Shown here: positions 25,526 through 35,325 of the stretch, piece after piece
How the letters are laid out: each line of letters starts with the position of its first letter
Position numbering within the stretch: the stretch's first letter is position 1
Origin: an uncultured bacterium
GTDB taxonomy: Bacteria > Bacillota_I > Bacilli_A > RFN20 > CAG-826
Length of the DNA stretch: 64,000 bases
Assembly (NCBI GenBank): GCA_949292105.1
Contig: CASEYK010000018.1
Coordinates: forward strand, 5,134 to 69,133
Direction of reading: 5' to 3'
The notes under the pieces: generated by a model
The model's input: only the letters and a program-made list of their open reading frames with translations
What the model was told of the DNA's origin: nothing
The model's database searches: none
Program-made: the position numbers and the translations under genes

Positions 25526-26416
25526 ATGGACAAAATTGATACTTTACTAGAAAAAGGCAACTACGAGTTAGTTCTTAAAATAACGAAAAATAGCGATGAT
25601 ATTAAATATCTTTTTTATCGTCTTGCCGCTTTTGTCGCACTTGAAAAATATGAAGACGCCCTAGCCCTCATCAATAGCAAAAAATCAATCATGGAGCAAG
25701 ATTTGCGTTTGCTCATTAAAACGCATATCAATATTTTATGTGTACTAGAAAGATTTGATGAAGCATACGATGCAGCGAAAGATTACGCTGAACTTCCATA
25801 TCATTCGCAAGAAGTGGAAGAAATTCTTAAAGAATTACCACATCGTATTAGAAATGAAGAAAAAAAAGTTTTAGGCAAAAAGAAACTGAGCGAAGAAGAA
25901 ATGCGTAAAATTCTTTTAAGCGAACAAAATGATGAAAGATTGCTCGGAATTCTTCAAAAAATCGATCGAATTGAAAAATATCTTCCCGAATTAGAGAATT
26001 TGCTTGTTGCATATCCGCATTTATCGATTCGCGTCTTTATACTTTTAACACTAGTTAAAGTTAAGGTTAATGGACCGATTAAATTTAAAAATAGTCGTGA
26101 CGAGATTCAAGAAGTGTGTCCGCAAGTCTTACATGAGCCTTTCTCGTCGACCATCGATAGAGAAATTTCCAACCGCATTAATAAATACGACGATCCGACG
26201 GTGGCAAGCGTTGCTCATCAAATATTTTCTTCTTATGTCCTCTTTGTTTATCCTGAGTATATCACAAGTGATATTGATATTTTATATCAATCTCTTATCT
26301 TACTATCTAAAAAATACCTAGCAATCAATCTTAATAATACTGAACAAGAACTGTCAAACAATCCAGCGATTAGCGAATGCATATCATCGCTTGAAAAAGC
26401 ATTAAAAAATATCTAA
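25526..26416 (+). CDS. hypothetical alpha-helical (TPR-like) protein
   Basis: 296-aa ORF with no recognisable catalytic motifs. Confidence 0.35.
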   Translation: MDKIDTLLEKGNYELVLKITKNSDDIKYLFYRLAAFVALEKYEDALALINSKKSIMEQDLRLLIKTHINILCVLERFDEAYDAAKDYAELPYHSQEVEEILKELPHRIRNEEKKVLGKKKLSEEEMRKILLSEQNDERLLGILQKIDRIEKYLPELENLLVAYPHLSIRVFILLTLVKVKVNGPIKFKNSRDEIQEVCPQVLHEPFSSTIDREISNRINKYDDPTVASVAHQIFSSYVLFVYPEYITSDIDILYQSLILLSKKYLAINLNNTEQELSNNPAISECISSLEKALKNI

Positions 26417-26445
26417 TTTTCAACTAAATAAAGGGCGGAAAATGC

Positions 26446-26470
26446 ATCTTGCTTGCAAGATTTTTATTTT
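26446..26470 (+). terminator. rho-independent terminator
   Basis: atcttg-cttg-caagat hairpin followed by ttttatttt. Confidence 0.6.
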
Positions 26471-26514
26471 ATAGTAAAATAATCACTGCATGCATTTGTT
26501 ACGGAGGTAAAAAA

Positions 26515-27789
26515 ATGGAAAGAAAAGTTACAAAATTAGAACATTGTCATGTTGAGGTTGAAGTCGTTGTTGATCAGCCATCATGGAAAGCTGCCCAAGA
26601 CAAGGCATTTGAAAAATTAGCTAAAAATGTCACTGTCAAAGGCTTTCGACCAGGCAAAGCTCCTCTCAATCTCGTCAAAGAAAAAATAGATCCGATGAAA
26701 GTGATGGATGAAGCAATTAATTCCCTTCTTCCAAGCATCTATAGTGAGGTTTTGAAAGAAGAAGATATTCATCCTTATGCTCGCCCAGAAGTAGCGGTTA
26801 CAAAAATTAGTGACACTGAGTTGGAACTCAAATTTACTCTTGTTACCGCTCCACAAGTTGAACTCGGCCAATATAAAGGTTTGTCTGTGGGCAAAGAAGA
26901 ACCAACTGTCAGCGATGACGAAGTAGCTGCTGAATTATTAAAAGTTCAAGAACAAAACGCTATGCTTTTGGTCAAAGAAGGCGCTGCCGAAAACGGCGAT
27001 ACTGTCGTCATTGACTTCGTTGGTGAAGTCGATGGTAAACCATTTGAAGGCGGTACCGCTAGTAACTACGAATTAGAACTTGGCTCGCATTCATTTGTTC
27101 CAGGCTTTGAGGACCAATTAGTCGGGGTCAAAGCCAATGAAACAAAAGATGTCAATATTACTTTCCCAGAGAACTATGTTGAGAATCTCAAAGGCAAACC
27201 AGCCGTCTTCCATGTCACAGTTCACGAAGTGAAAGAAAAGAAACTTCCAGAATTAGATGACAATTTGGTCAAAGGTCTTAACATTGCTAATGTCAGCACC
27301 GTGGAAGACTTAAGACGACAAAAAAGTGCTCAGCTCAAGATAGAGAAAGAGCGCAGCGCAAGAAATACTTATATGAATAAACTTCTCGCTGAAATTGCTA
27401 AAAACTCTAAAATTGATATTCCGGAAGAAATTATTGATACACAAGTTGAATCAATGCGCCAAGACGCTGAAGCGCGTATGGCTCAATCCGGTCTTAAACT
27501 TGATCAATATTTGTCGATTATTGGTCAAACTGAAGAACAATACACTGAATCGATGAAAACACAAGCTCGAAAAGATGCAACTAACTACTTTATTCTCGAT
27601 GCCGTTGGCCAAAAAGAAGAAATTAGTGTCGAAGATGCTGATTTAGAGTTCGAATATGCCAAAATGGCGGAACAATACAAGATGAGTATTGACGACGTCA
27701 AAAAAGCCATCGCTCCACAACTCGATAGCTTTAGAAACAATGTCAAAATGAATCGTATCGAAGATTTGCTTTACCGCGAAAACGATTAA
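26515..27789 (+). CDS. tig: trigger factor
   Basis: N-terminal ribosome-binding motif GFRPGKAP and an FKBP-type PPIase domain. The start is at ATG 26515 after GGAGG. Confidence 0.9.
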   Translation: MERKVTKLEHCHVEVEVVVDQPSWKAAQDKAFEKLAKNVTVKGFRPGKAPLNLVKEKIDPMKVMDEAINSLLPSIYSEVLKEEDIHPYARPEVAVTKISDTELELKFTLVTAPQVELGQYKGLSVGKEEPTVSDDEVAAELLKVQEQNAMLLVKEGAAENGDTVVIDFVGEVDGKPFEGGTASNYELELGSHSFVPGFEDQLVGVKANETKDVNITFPENYVENLKGKPAVFHVTVHEVKEKKLPELDDNLVKGLNIANVSTVEDLRRQKSAQLKIEKERSARNTYMNKLLAEIAKNSKIDIPEEIIDTQVESMRQDAEARMAQSGLKLDQYLSIIGQTEEQYTESMKTQARKDATNYFILDAVGQKEEISVEDADLEFEYAKMAEQYKMSIDDVKKAIAPQLDSFRNNVKMNRIEDLLYREND

Positions 27790-27834
27790 TGTTCAAATCT
27801 TGTTAAGACAGTGCCGCCTAGTAAGGAGGAAAAT

Positions 27835-30162
27835 ATGTCTATGAACAATGAAAAATTAACGCTCCCTGTTCTTATTACGAGGAGTGTTGTTCTCTTCCCA
27901 GGCGTTCCTCAAATCATTGAGGCGGGAAGGCCAATTTCAATTAACGCTATTAATTCAGCACGCGATAATGCTGACTCTTTGATTTTTGTGACGACACAAA
28001 TCAACTTTGAAATTGAAAATCCTTCACCGGATGACTTCTATAAAGTTGGTACCCTTTGCCGTATCACTAGTTACAATCAAAGAAATAACGGGATTAAAAT
28101 TCGCGTTGAACCACTTGAAAAAATCCATTTGGATTTAGTCAGTGAAAATGAGCAAGGATATTATGTCGCTGAAGGTTCGGTTGTTCGTATGCAACAATAC
28201 GACGCAACCAAAAATAAAGCTATTGTCGACAGTGTCATGGGAATGCTCGATTCCATCCCTTACATCGTCGCTAAAATGCCTAAAAATGTTATTAATTCCA
28301 TCAGCAAAACCAATAGTGCTCAATTCCTTTGCTATTCCATTATTTCTAATTTAGATTTGCCAACTGATCGCGTTCAAGCTGCTCTTGAAGCGAATACAAT
28401 CGAGGAATTAATGCAAATTGTTCTCTCGGCGCTCGCTGGAGAAAAACAAAAAGGCGAAATTGAACGTGATATTCAAGAATCGGTTCGCGCTTCGACGGAA
28501 AAATCACAAAAAGAATACTTCCTTCGCGAGAAACTCAAAGCCATCAAAAAAGAACTCGGCGATGGTGGAGATGGCGAACAAGATATGGACTCAATACTTG
28601 AAAAGCTTGAGAAAAATCCGTATCCAGAAAATATTAAAGCTAAAGTTAAGTCTGAAATTAAGAAATTTGAAATGATGCCACAAGGTTCTCTTGAAGGAGC
28701 CCTTGTTCAAAATTACATCGATGTTCTTTTGAGTGTACCTTGGTATCAAAAAACCGAAGATAATGATGATTTAGATCGCGTTGAGAAGATTCTTGACGAA
28801 GATCACTTCGGATTAGAAGAGCCAAAGAAAAGAATTATTGAATATTTAGCTGTCAAGAAATTAACTGGCAATTTGAAATCTCCTATTCTTTGTTTTTATG
28901 GTCCGCCTGGATGCGGTAAAACTTCGCTCGGAAAATCAATCGCTCGAGCTTTAGGGCGCAAATTCTTTAAAGCTTCGCTAGGCGGTATTTCCGATGAAGC
29001 CGAAATCCGCGGACACCGACGCACTTACGTCGGTTCTATGCCTGGCCGTATCATCCAAGGAATGAGAAAGGTGGGAGTGACTAATCCTGTCTTCTTGCTC
29101 GACGAAGTCGATAAACTCGCATCATCGTATAAGGGTGATCCTGCAAGCGCTCTTCTTGAAGTGCTCGATCCGGAACAAAATACAGCATTCAACGATAATT
29201 ATTTGGAAGAACCATACGATTTGAGCGATGTTCTCTTCATTTGTACAGCTAACTACTTGGAAAATATTCCAGCACCTCTGCGCGATAGATTAGAACTCAT
29301 CGAAGTTAATTCATATACCGAGTTTGAAAAACTTCAAATCGCTAAACGTCACTTGGTCAAAAAACAGATTGAACTCAATGGCCTAAAGCCAGAGCAAGCG
29401 ACATTTACTGATGAAGGAATCTTGTATATCATACAAAGATACACGAGAGAAAGTGGTGTGCGTGAGTTAGAAAGAAAGATTGCGTCTTGTTTAAGAAAAG
29501 TCGCGGTCGCTATTGTCAAAGATCCTTCTATTCAAAATATTGTTGTCGACGCTGAGAAAGTAAGAGAATTCTTAGGCACTGAATTATTTGATAATACCAA
29601 AAAAGAGGTCAACCAACAAATCGGTGTTGTCACCGGCCTTGCTTATACCCAATACGGTGGTGATATCTTGCCAATCGAAGTCAATAACTTCCAAGGAAAG
29701 GGTGGCTTAATTCTTACTGGTCACCTCGGTGATGTGATGAAAGAAAGCTGCTCAATTGCGCTCGACTATGTCCGTGCCAACGCTGAAAAATATCACATCA
29801 ATCCTGAACTTTTCCAAAATAATGACATTCATGTCCATGTTCCAGAAGGTGCCGTTCCAAAAGATGGTCCAAGTGCTGGTGTGGCTATTACGACCGCGAT
29901 AATTTCTTGCTTGTCAAAAACACCAGTCAATCCTGATGTCGCTATGACGGGTGAAGTCACTCTTCGCGGCCATGCACTTCCTATCGGTGGCTTAAGAGAA
30001 AAATCTTTAGCGGCTCTTAGAAGTGGAATTAAGACCATCATTGTTCCAAAAGAAAATAAAAAGGATGTTGAAGAGTTGCCAGAAGAGGTCAAAAAATCTT
30101 TGCACATCGAATTTATGAAAAATGTCGATGATGCTTTAAAGATTGCTCTTATCCAGCAATAG
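27835..30162 (+). CDS. lon: ATP-dependent protease Lon (LonA)
   Basis: LON N-terminal domain, Walker A GPPGCGKTS and the catalytic motif PKDGPSAGV. The start is at ATG 27835 after TAAGGAGG. Confidence 0.95.
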   Translation: MSMNNEKLTLPVLITRSVVLFPGVPQIIEAGRPISINAINSARDNADSLIFVTTQINFEIENPSPDDFYKVGTLCRITSYNQRNNGIKIRVEPLEKIHLDLVSENEQGYYVAEGSVVRMQQYDATKNKAIVDSVMGMLDSIPYIVAKMPKNVINSISKTNSAQFLCYSIISNLDLPTDRVQAALEANTIEELMQIVLSALAGEKQKGEIERDIQESVRASTEKSQKEYFLREKLKAIKKELGDGGDGEQDMDSILEKLEKNPYPENIKAKVKSEIKKFEMMPQGSLEGALVQNYIDVLLSVPWYQKTEDNDDLDRVEKILDEDHFGLEEPKKRIIEYLAVKKLTGNLKSPILCFYGPPGCGKTSLGKSIARALGRKFFKASLGGISDEAEIRGHRRTYVGSMPGRIIQGMRKVGVTNPVFLLDEVDKLASSYKGDPASALLEVLDPEQNTAFNDNYLEEPYDLSDVLFICTANYLENIPAPLRDRLELIEVNSYTEFEKLQIAKRHLVKKQIELNGLKPEQATFTDEGILYIIQRYTRESGVRELERKIASCLRKVAVAIVKDPSIQNIVVDAEKVREFLGTELFDNTKKEVNQQIGVVTGLAYTQYGGDILPIEVNNFQGKGGLILTGHLGDVMKESCSIALDYVRANAEKYHINPELFQNNDIHVHVPEGAVPKDGPSAGVAITTAIISCLSKTPVNPDVAMTGEVTLRGHALPIGGLREKSLAALRSGIKTIIVPKENKKDVEELPEEVKKSLHIEFMKNVDDALKIALIQQ

Positions 30163-30164
30163 TT

Positions 30165-30749
30165 ATGGTCAATTTTAAAAATACAACATTTGTTAAAAGC
30201 GTTGCTCAAATCGATGACAAGCCAAGGCAGTTGAGCAAAGAAATTGTTTTTCTCGGCCGTTCTAATGTCGGTAAGTCGTCGCTGATCAACGCTTTAACAA
30301 ATAATGCTAGCCTAGCCAAAACTTCATCAAAACCTGGTTTAACAAAACTGTTGAATTATTTTAATGTCGACCAAACTTTTTATCTCGTCGATGCGCCAGG
30401 ATATGGCTATGCAAGTGGCGGTGTTGATCTCGATGCCCTATTCGCCAAACTGATGAACGCATATTTTTTGAACAACAAAGAGTTGAAAGGGGCATTGCTT
30501 CTCATCGATAGCCGCCGTGAAACGAATGAAATGGATAAAATGATGATTGATTTTTTGTTTCATCAAAATATCCCATTTCTTATTGTCGCAACAAAAATCG
30601 ATAAAACGAATCAAAAAGAGAGACACTTAATCGCTAAACATCTCAGCCAAATTGGAATTGAACAGCAAGCGATTAAATTTGTTTCATCTTTTGATAAGCA
30701 AAATATCAACCAATTACAAAAAGATATTGTCAGTTTGATTAATGCTTGA
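30165..30749 (+). CDS. engB: ribosome biogenesis GTPase EngB (YsxC/YihA)
   Basis: G1 motif GRSNVGKSS, G3 motif DAPGYG. It follows lon, as in Bacillus. Confidence 0.85.
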   Translation: MVNFKNTTFVKSVAQIDDKPRQLSKEIVFLGRSNVGKSSLINALTNNASLAKTSSKPGLTKLLNYFNVDQTFYLVDAPGYGYASGGVDLDALFAKLMNAYFLNNKELKGALLLIDSRRETNEMDKMMIDFLFHQNIPFLIVATKIDKTNQKERHLIAKHLSQIGIEQQAIKFVSSFDKQNINQLQKDIVSLINA

Positions 30750-30776
30750 TGACAAACAAGCGATAATTGTTTATAA
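30739..30776 (+). promoter_or_regulatory. promoter of the valS leader
   Basis: -35 ATGACA, 17-nt spacer, -10 TATAAT. Confidence 0.4.
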
Positions 30777-31005
30777 TCAAAACAGTTCGATGAAAAAGAG
30801 GAGTAATCGTTTGTCTTCTTAATAGAGAGTTAAGGATGGTGGAAGCTTAGCAAGAAGAGGCGATGAAGGTCGCTTTGGAGAACAAACCTCACCTGAGGAT
30901 AAAACAGGAATAACAAGAGCGTCATATCCATGATATGATGAACTAAGGTGGTACCGCGCACAATAAGCGTCCTTAGACAGGGACGCTTTTATTTTTAGGA
31001 GGAAT
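30777..31005 (+). promoter_or_regulatory. T-box riboswitch leader (valS)
   Basis: T-box sequence aactaaGGTGGtACCGCG at 30941-30958, followed by the terminator hairpin gcgtcc-ttagacag-ggacgc plus UUUUAUUUUU at 30967-30996. Confidence 0.8.
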
Positions 31006-31011
31006 TAGCTC

Positions 31012-33612
31012 ATGCTCGATAAAAGATATGATCACCGCGCTGTTGAAAGCGGTAAATACGAGAAATGGAAAGAAAAAGGTTATTTTAAGGCTGATAATCA
31101 ATCAAACAAACCGCCTTTTTGCATTGTTATACCTCCACCCAATGTCACCGGTAAACTTCATATTGGTCACGCTTGGGACAACACTATACAAGATATTGCC
31201 ATTCGCTACCGCAAGCTCAAAGGTGATGATACGCTGTATTTGCCAGGGATGGATCACGCTGGGATTGCAACCGAAGCAAAAGTAATGGAAAAGCTTCGAC
31301 ACCAAGGTGTTGATACGACAAAATTAACACGCGAAGAATTTTTAAAGTGGGCGTGGAGTTGGAAAGATGAATATGCCGATTCCATCCATAAGCAGTGGGC
31401 AAAGATGGGTTTAGCTCTCGATTATTCACGCGAGCGTTTTACGCTCGACGAAGGCTGTAATTACGCCGTTAGAAAAGTTTTTGTCGATCTATATAATCAA
31501 GGTCTTATCTATCAAGGATATAAAATTATCAACTGGGATCCAGTTCAAAAAACGGCGCTGAGCAATATCGAGGTCATTCATCAAGATGATCAAGGATATA
31601 TGTATTATTTTAAATATCCAATTGTCGGTTCAACTCAATATCTTACAGTCGCGACAACTCGACCTGAAACAATGTTTGGCGATGTATGTGTTGTCGTCAA
31701 TCCAAAAGATGATAGATATACAAATATTGTAGGTCAAAAAGTTATCAATCCAGCTAACGGCGAAATCATTCCCATTATTGCCGATGAATATGTCGATATC
31801 AATTTTGGAACTGGAGCGATGAAATGCACACCAGCACACGATCCTAACGACTTTATCATCGGTAGTAAATATCATCTAGATATGCCAATCATTATGAATG
31901 AAGACGCAACGATGAATGAAAGATGCGGTAAATATTGTGGAATGGATCGTTTTGCCTGCCGCGAAAAACTATTGGAAGATATTAGAGCTGCTGGCAATTT
32001 TATTCGAATGGAAGAGATTATTCACCCTGTCGGTCATTCTGAGAGAAGTGGCGCGGTCATCGAGCCGATGCTTTCCAAACAGTGGTTTATTCGCATTCGC
32101 TCATTAGCAGAACAAGCAATCGCTAATCAAAAAACAAATTCGAAGGTTCAATTTATTCCTAAACGATTTGAAAAATCTTTTATCCAATGGATGGAAAAAG
32201 CTGAAGATTGGTGTATATCGCGTCAATTGTGGTGGGGGCATAGAATTCCTGCCTATTACAATAAACATGATGGTAGTGTAATTGTTAGCATGGATCCACC
32301 TGCTGATATTGAGAATTATATTCAAGATGAAGATGTCCTCGATACATGGTTTAGCAGCGCTCTATGGCCGTTTTCAACATTGGGTTGGCCAAACCAAACA
32401 GCGGATTTTGATCGCTATTTCCCAACGAGTGTTTTAGCTACCGGTTACGATATTATTTTCTTTTGGGTGTCTCGAATGATTTTCCAATCTCTGCATTTTA
32501 CTGGTCGAGAACCATTTAAAAAAGTTGTTATTCATGGTTTGGTGCGCGATAGTCAAGGTAGAAAAATGTCCAAATCTCTCGGGAATGGCGTTGATCCGAT
32601 ACAAATCATTGATCAATATGGTGCTGATGCGCTCCGCTATTTTTTAACGACTAATTCGACACCGGGTCAGGATATGCGCTTTATTGAAGAGAAAATCAAT
32701 GCAGCGACAAACTATTTGAATAAGATATGGAATTCTGCTCGTTATGTATTGAGCATTTTACCTGCAGATTTTACGCCTATTAAAGATTTGTCGAGTTTGA
32801 AATTGATGGTCGCCGATCAATGGATACTTACCCGTCTTGAAAAAACAATTCATAGTGTTACGACCAACATGGATAAATATGACTATAATGTCGCAAGCAG
32901 TTTTTTGTACAATTTTGTCTATGATGATTTTTGTTCTTCTTACCTTGAGTTAAGCAAAGTTTCTTTGACAATTGATAGTGAGAACAAAAACTCTACTTAT
33001 CAAGTCCTTTATTACTGTTTGAAGTCCATCATTTTGATGATTTATCCTTATACTCCATTTATTGCTGAGGAACTATATCAGCATTTGCCAAATCATCTTG
33101 AAAGTATAATGCTTGAAAATTATCCTGTTTATCGCAAGAAATTGATGCGCACTGATTGTGATAAAGACATTGATTTACTCTTGCTTTTCATCAAGGATAT
33201 CCGTAGTTATAAAATCGAGAATAAGTTAGCCCCAAATACCGATTTAGAAATTATTTTCCGCTTTCCTGTTCAATTATTCAGTGATTTTAGCACTTATTTC
33301 AAACGCTTTAGTTTTTCAACAAATATCAGTTTTGGTGACACGCATTCAAAGAAAGGCGAACTCTATGTTCACGATGGGTTTGAAATGTTAGTTTGTTCAA
33401 ACAAGAGTTTGGATGATACGCTTGAAAAATTAGAAAAAGATATTGCATTAGAAAAAAGTGAGATTGAAAGATGCGAAAAAATGCTCTCGAATCCTAACTT
33501 TATGAGCAAAGCGCCAAAAGAAAAAATTGCTATTGAACAAGAAAAATTAGAAAAGCACCGCACTAATTTAAAACTGCTAGAAACTAACAAAGGCAAATTG
33601 CTCAATCGCTAA
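31012..33612 (+). CDS. valS: valine--tRNA ligase
   Basis: HIGH motif (PPNVTGKLHIGH), KMSKS and a C-terminal coiled coil. Confidence 0.95.
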   Translation: MLDKRYDHRAVESGKYEKWKEKGYFKADNQSNKPPFCIVIPPPNVTGKLHIGHAWDNTIQDIAIRYRKLKGDDTLYLPGMDHAGIATEAKVMEKLRHQGVDTTKLTREEFLKWAWSWKDEYADSIHKQWAKMGLALDYSRERFTLDEGCNYAVRKVFVDLYNQGLIYQGYKIINWDPVQKTALSNIEVIHQDDQGYMYYFKYPIVGSTQYLTVATTRPETMFGDVCVVVNPKDDRYTNIVGQKVINPANGEIIPIIADEYVDINFGTGAMKCTPAHDPNDFIIGSKYHLDMPIIMNEDATMNERCGKYCGMDRFACREKLLEDIRAAGNFIRMEEIIHPVGHSERSGAVIEPMLSKQWFIRIRSLAEQAIANQKTNSKVQFIPKRFEKSFIQWMEKAEDWCISRQLWWGHRIPAYYNKHDGSVIVSMDPPADIENYIQDEDVLDTWFSSALWPFSTLGWPNQTADFDRYFPTSVLATGYDIIFFWVSRMIFQSLHFTGREPFKKVVIHGLVRDSQGRKMSKSLGNGVDPIQIIDQYGADALRYFLTTNSTPGQDMRFIEEKINAATNYLNKIWNSARYVLSILPADFTPIKDLSSLKLMVADQWILTRLEKTIHSVTTNMDKYDYNVASSFLYNFVYDDFCSSYLELSKVSLTIDSENKNSTYQVLYYCLKSIILMIYPYTPFIAEELYQHLPNHLESIMLENYPVYRKKLMRTDCDKDIDLLLLFIKDIRSYKIENKLAPNTDLEIIFRFPVQLFSDFSTYFKRFSFSTNISFGDTHSKKGELYVHDGFEMLVCSNKSLDDTLEKLEKDIALEKSEIERCEKMLSNPNFMSKAPKEKIAIEQEKLEKHRTNLKLLETNKGKLLNR

Positions 33613-33623
33613 AAAAACAAATT

Positions 33624-33653
33624 ACCTCCTATATTTGATTAGGAGGTTTTTTA
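33624..33653 (+). terminator. valS terminator whose 3' arm carries the next gene's Shine-Dalgarno sequence
   Basis: acctcct-atatttgatt-aggaggt hairpin followed by tttttt. The ATG at 33656 follows directly. Confidence 0.6.
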
Positions 33654-33655
33654 AT

Positions 33656-33844
33656 ATGATTTATGGTGCAACTAAAATGAACGACATGGAATTAAAACAG
33701 CAAGTCGTTGGAGAACCAATTACTTTAACGGCTGTTATGGCGGTTGTTGCTGCGGCGATTGTTGCCGTCATTGTATATCGCTTATTTTTGTCGAATAAAG
33801 GTTCTGTGACGATTCCTGGCGGCTGGAAATTTTCTTGGAATTAA
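33656..33844 (+). CDS. small single-TM membrane protein
   Basis: 62 aa with a hydrophobic core (LTAVMAVVAAAIVAVIVYRLFL). The RBS lies inside the valS terminator hairpin. Confidence 0.35.
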   Translation: MIYGATKMNDMELKQQVVGEPITLTAVMAVVAAAIVAVIVYRLFLSNKGSVTIPGGWKFSWN

Positions 33845-34548
33845 TGGGTAAAATAGAAAATCTACCGCTTCTCGATCGGCCGAGAGAAAAAGCGATTCGA
33901 TATGGCATTGAAATTTTATCCGATTCTGAATTGCTGGCTATTATTATTGCCAGCGGAACAAAAAACAAATCAGCGATCGATATCGCACACGGGCTTATTT
34001 TTGACGGTGGTGGACTCAAAAATTTATCTTTATCAAATTGGCACGATTTGCTTGCTTTCGAAGGGATTAATGAAATAACGGCTCTAAAAATTGCTAGTGC
34101 GTTTGAACTAGGGAGGAGAATTACAAAAAAAGAATATGAGAGCACTGAAAAAATAATCGATAGCGCTTACCTTATCGATAAATATCATTCTTACTTTGAA
34201 CCGCTTGAACAGGAGATGCTTTTAGTTATATCTCTTAACAAAAGAAAACGCATTATTAAAGAAACATTCCTTTATAAAGGAACCAGCGAAGAAATTAATG
34301 TTTCAATTAAAGAAATTTTAAAAGAAGTAATACAGTGCGGAGCTTTTGGATTTTATCTAGTGCACAATCATCCAAATGCAGCGGCAGAACCATCACAATT
34401 AGACATCGTGCTGACATCGATGCTTATTAAGCAAGCTCAGAAGTTAGGCATCAAATTATTCGATCATCTCATTTTAGCCAAAACTGAGGCATATTCTTTT
34501 TCATCGAGCGAGTTGATTTTTAGTCAAAAGAAAAAAGATAATTTGTAA
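33835..34548 (+). CDS. radC: RadC-family (UPF0758) JAB/MPN domain protein
   Basis: N-terminal HhH-like region and the JAMM motif HNHPNAAAEPSQLD. The ORF track uses a TTG start at 33835; an ATG at 33842 is an alternative. Confidence 0.8.
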   Translation: MELMGKIENLPLLDRPREKAIRYGIEILSDSELLAIIIASGTKNKSAIDIAHGLIFDGGGLKNLSLSNWHDLLAFEGINEITALKIASAFELGRRITKKEYESTEKIIDSAYLIDKYHSYFEPLEQEMLLVISLNKRKRIIKETFLYKGTSEEINVSIKEILKEVIQCGAFGFYLVHNHPNAAAEPSQLDIVLTSMLIKQAQKLGIKLFDHLILAKTEAYSFSSSELIFSQKKKDNL

Positions 34549-34556
34549 AAAAATGC

Positions 34557-34585
34557 TTGTTAGGTCGTATAACATATGTTATATT
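34557..34585 (+). promoter_or_regulatory. promoter of the rplU operon
   Basis: -35 TTGTTA, 17-nt spacer, -10 TATATT. Confidence 0.5.
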
Positions 34586-34691
34586 ACATGCGTTGTCGCC
34601 TCACGAGCTACAACCGCCTAGAAGAGGTATCTAACTGATTTTTCGACCTTAATAGCGAGTCATTAGTGAATTTAATTCAAGGAGGGACAGT
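34586..34691 (+). ncRNA. possible ribosomal-protein L21 leader (autoregulatory 5' UTR)
   Basis: A ~105-nt untranslated leader between the promoter and rplU. Firmicutes carry a structured L21 leader in this position; the structure was not verified here. Confidence 0.25.
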
Positions 34692-35000
34692 ATGTACGCA
34701 ATCATCGAAACTGGTGGAAAACAAATCCGCGTTGAAGTCGGACAAAAGATTTTTGTTGAAAAACTCGAATCTGCTCCCGAGTCAGAAGTTGTCTTTGACA
34801 AGGTGTTATTCATCGGTGATAAGAAAAGTACCGTTGGTAAGCCTTATGTCAAAGGCGCAACCGTCGTAGCCAAAGTCGAAAAGCATGGTTTGTCAAAGAA
34901 AATTCGCGTTTTCAAATACAAATCCAAAGCTAATGAACGCAAGACCATCGGTCATCGCCAACCATATACTTGTTTGGTTATTGAAAGTATCAATGCTTAA
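34692..35000 (+). CDS. rplU: 50S ribosomal protein L21
   Basis: [19 protein letters not shown]-terminus. Confidence 0.95.
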   Translation: MYAIIETGGKQIRVEVGQKIFVEKLESAPESEVVFDKVLFIGDKKSTVGKPYVKGATVVAKVEKHGLSKKIRVFKYKSKANERKTIGHRQPYTCLVIESINA

Positions 35001-35002
35001 TC

Positions 35003-35311
35003 ATGATTAAGGTTGAAATCGTCTATAAAGACAAAAAATTTGAATCATTGAAAGTAAGAGGGCACGCCGATAGTGCTCCACATGGTCAAGATCTCGTGTG
35101 CGCTGGAGTGAGCGCCGTCCTTACTGGAGGATTCAACAATTTAGAGAAAGAAAGTTCTTTCATTCTCAAATTAGATCGCGGCGATGCCGCTCTCATCAAA
35201 ACCGATGAGATTACTTCACACGATCTTACTGTGATAGAAACAATCATCACATCGCTCAAAACGATTCAAGAGAGTTATCCGCAGTATATCGAGATTGAAG
35301 AAAAAGAATAA
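35003..35311 (+). CDS. prp: ribosomal-processing cysteine protease Prp (YsxB)
   Basis: [20 protein letters not shown] motif. Located between rplU and rpmA. Confidence 0.85.
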   Translation: MIKVEIVYKDKKFESLKVRGHADSAPHGQDLVCAGVSAVLTGGFNNLEKESSFILKLDRGDAALIKTDEITSHDLTVIETIITSLKTIQESYPQYIEIEEKE

Positions 35312-35325
35312 AGAGGTGTTAAAAA

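Noticed and set aside
19901-26514. Integrase-bearing integrative element or prophage at tRNA-Arg.
   Set aside because: No integrase, transposase, phage structural genes or duplicated tRNA 3' end were found. The block is therefore called an accessory region or degraded island, not a mobile element. The only tyrosine recombinase in the window (57979-58869) is a XerC/D-type protein far away in a housekeeping context.
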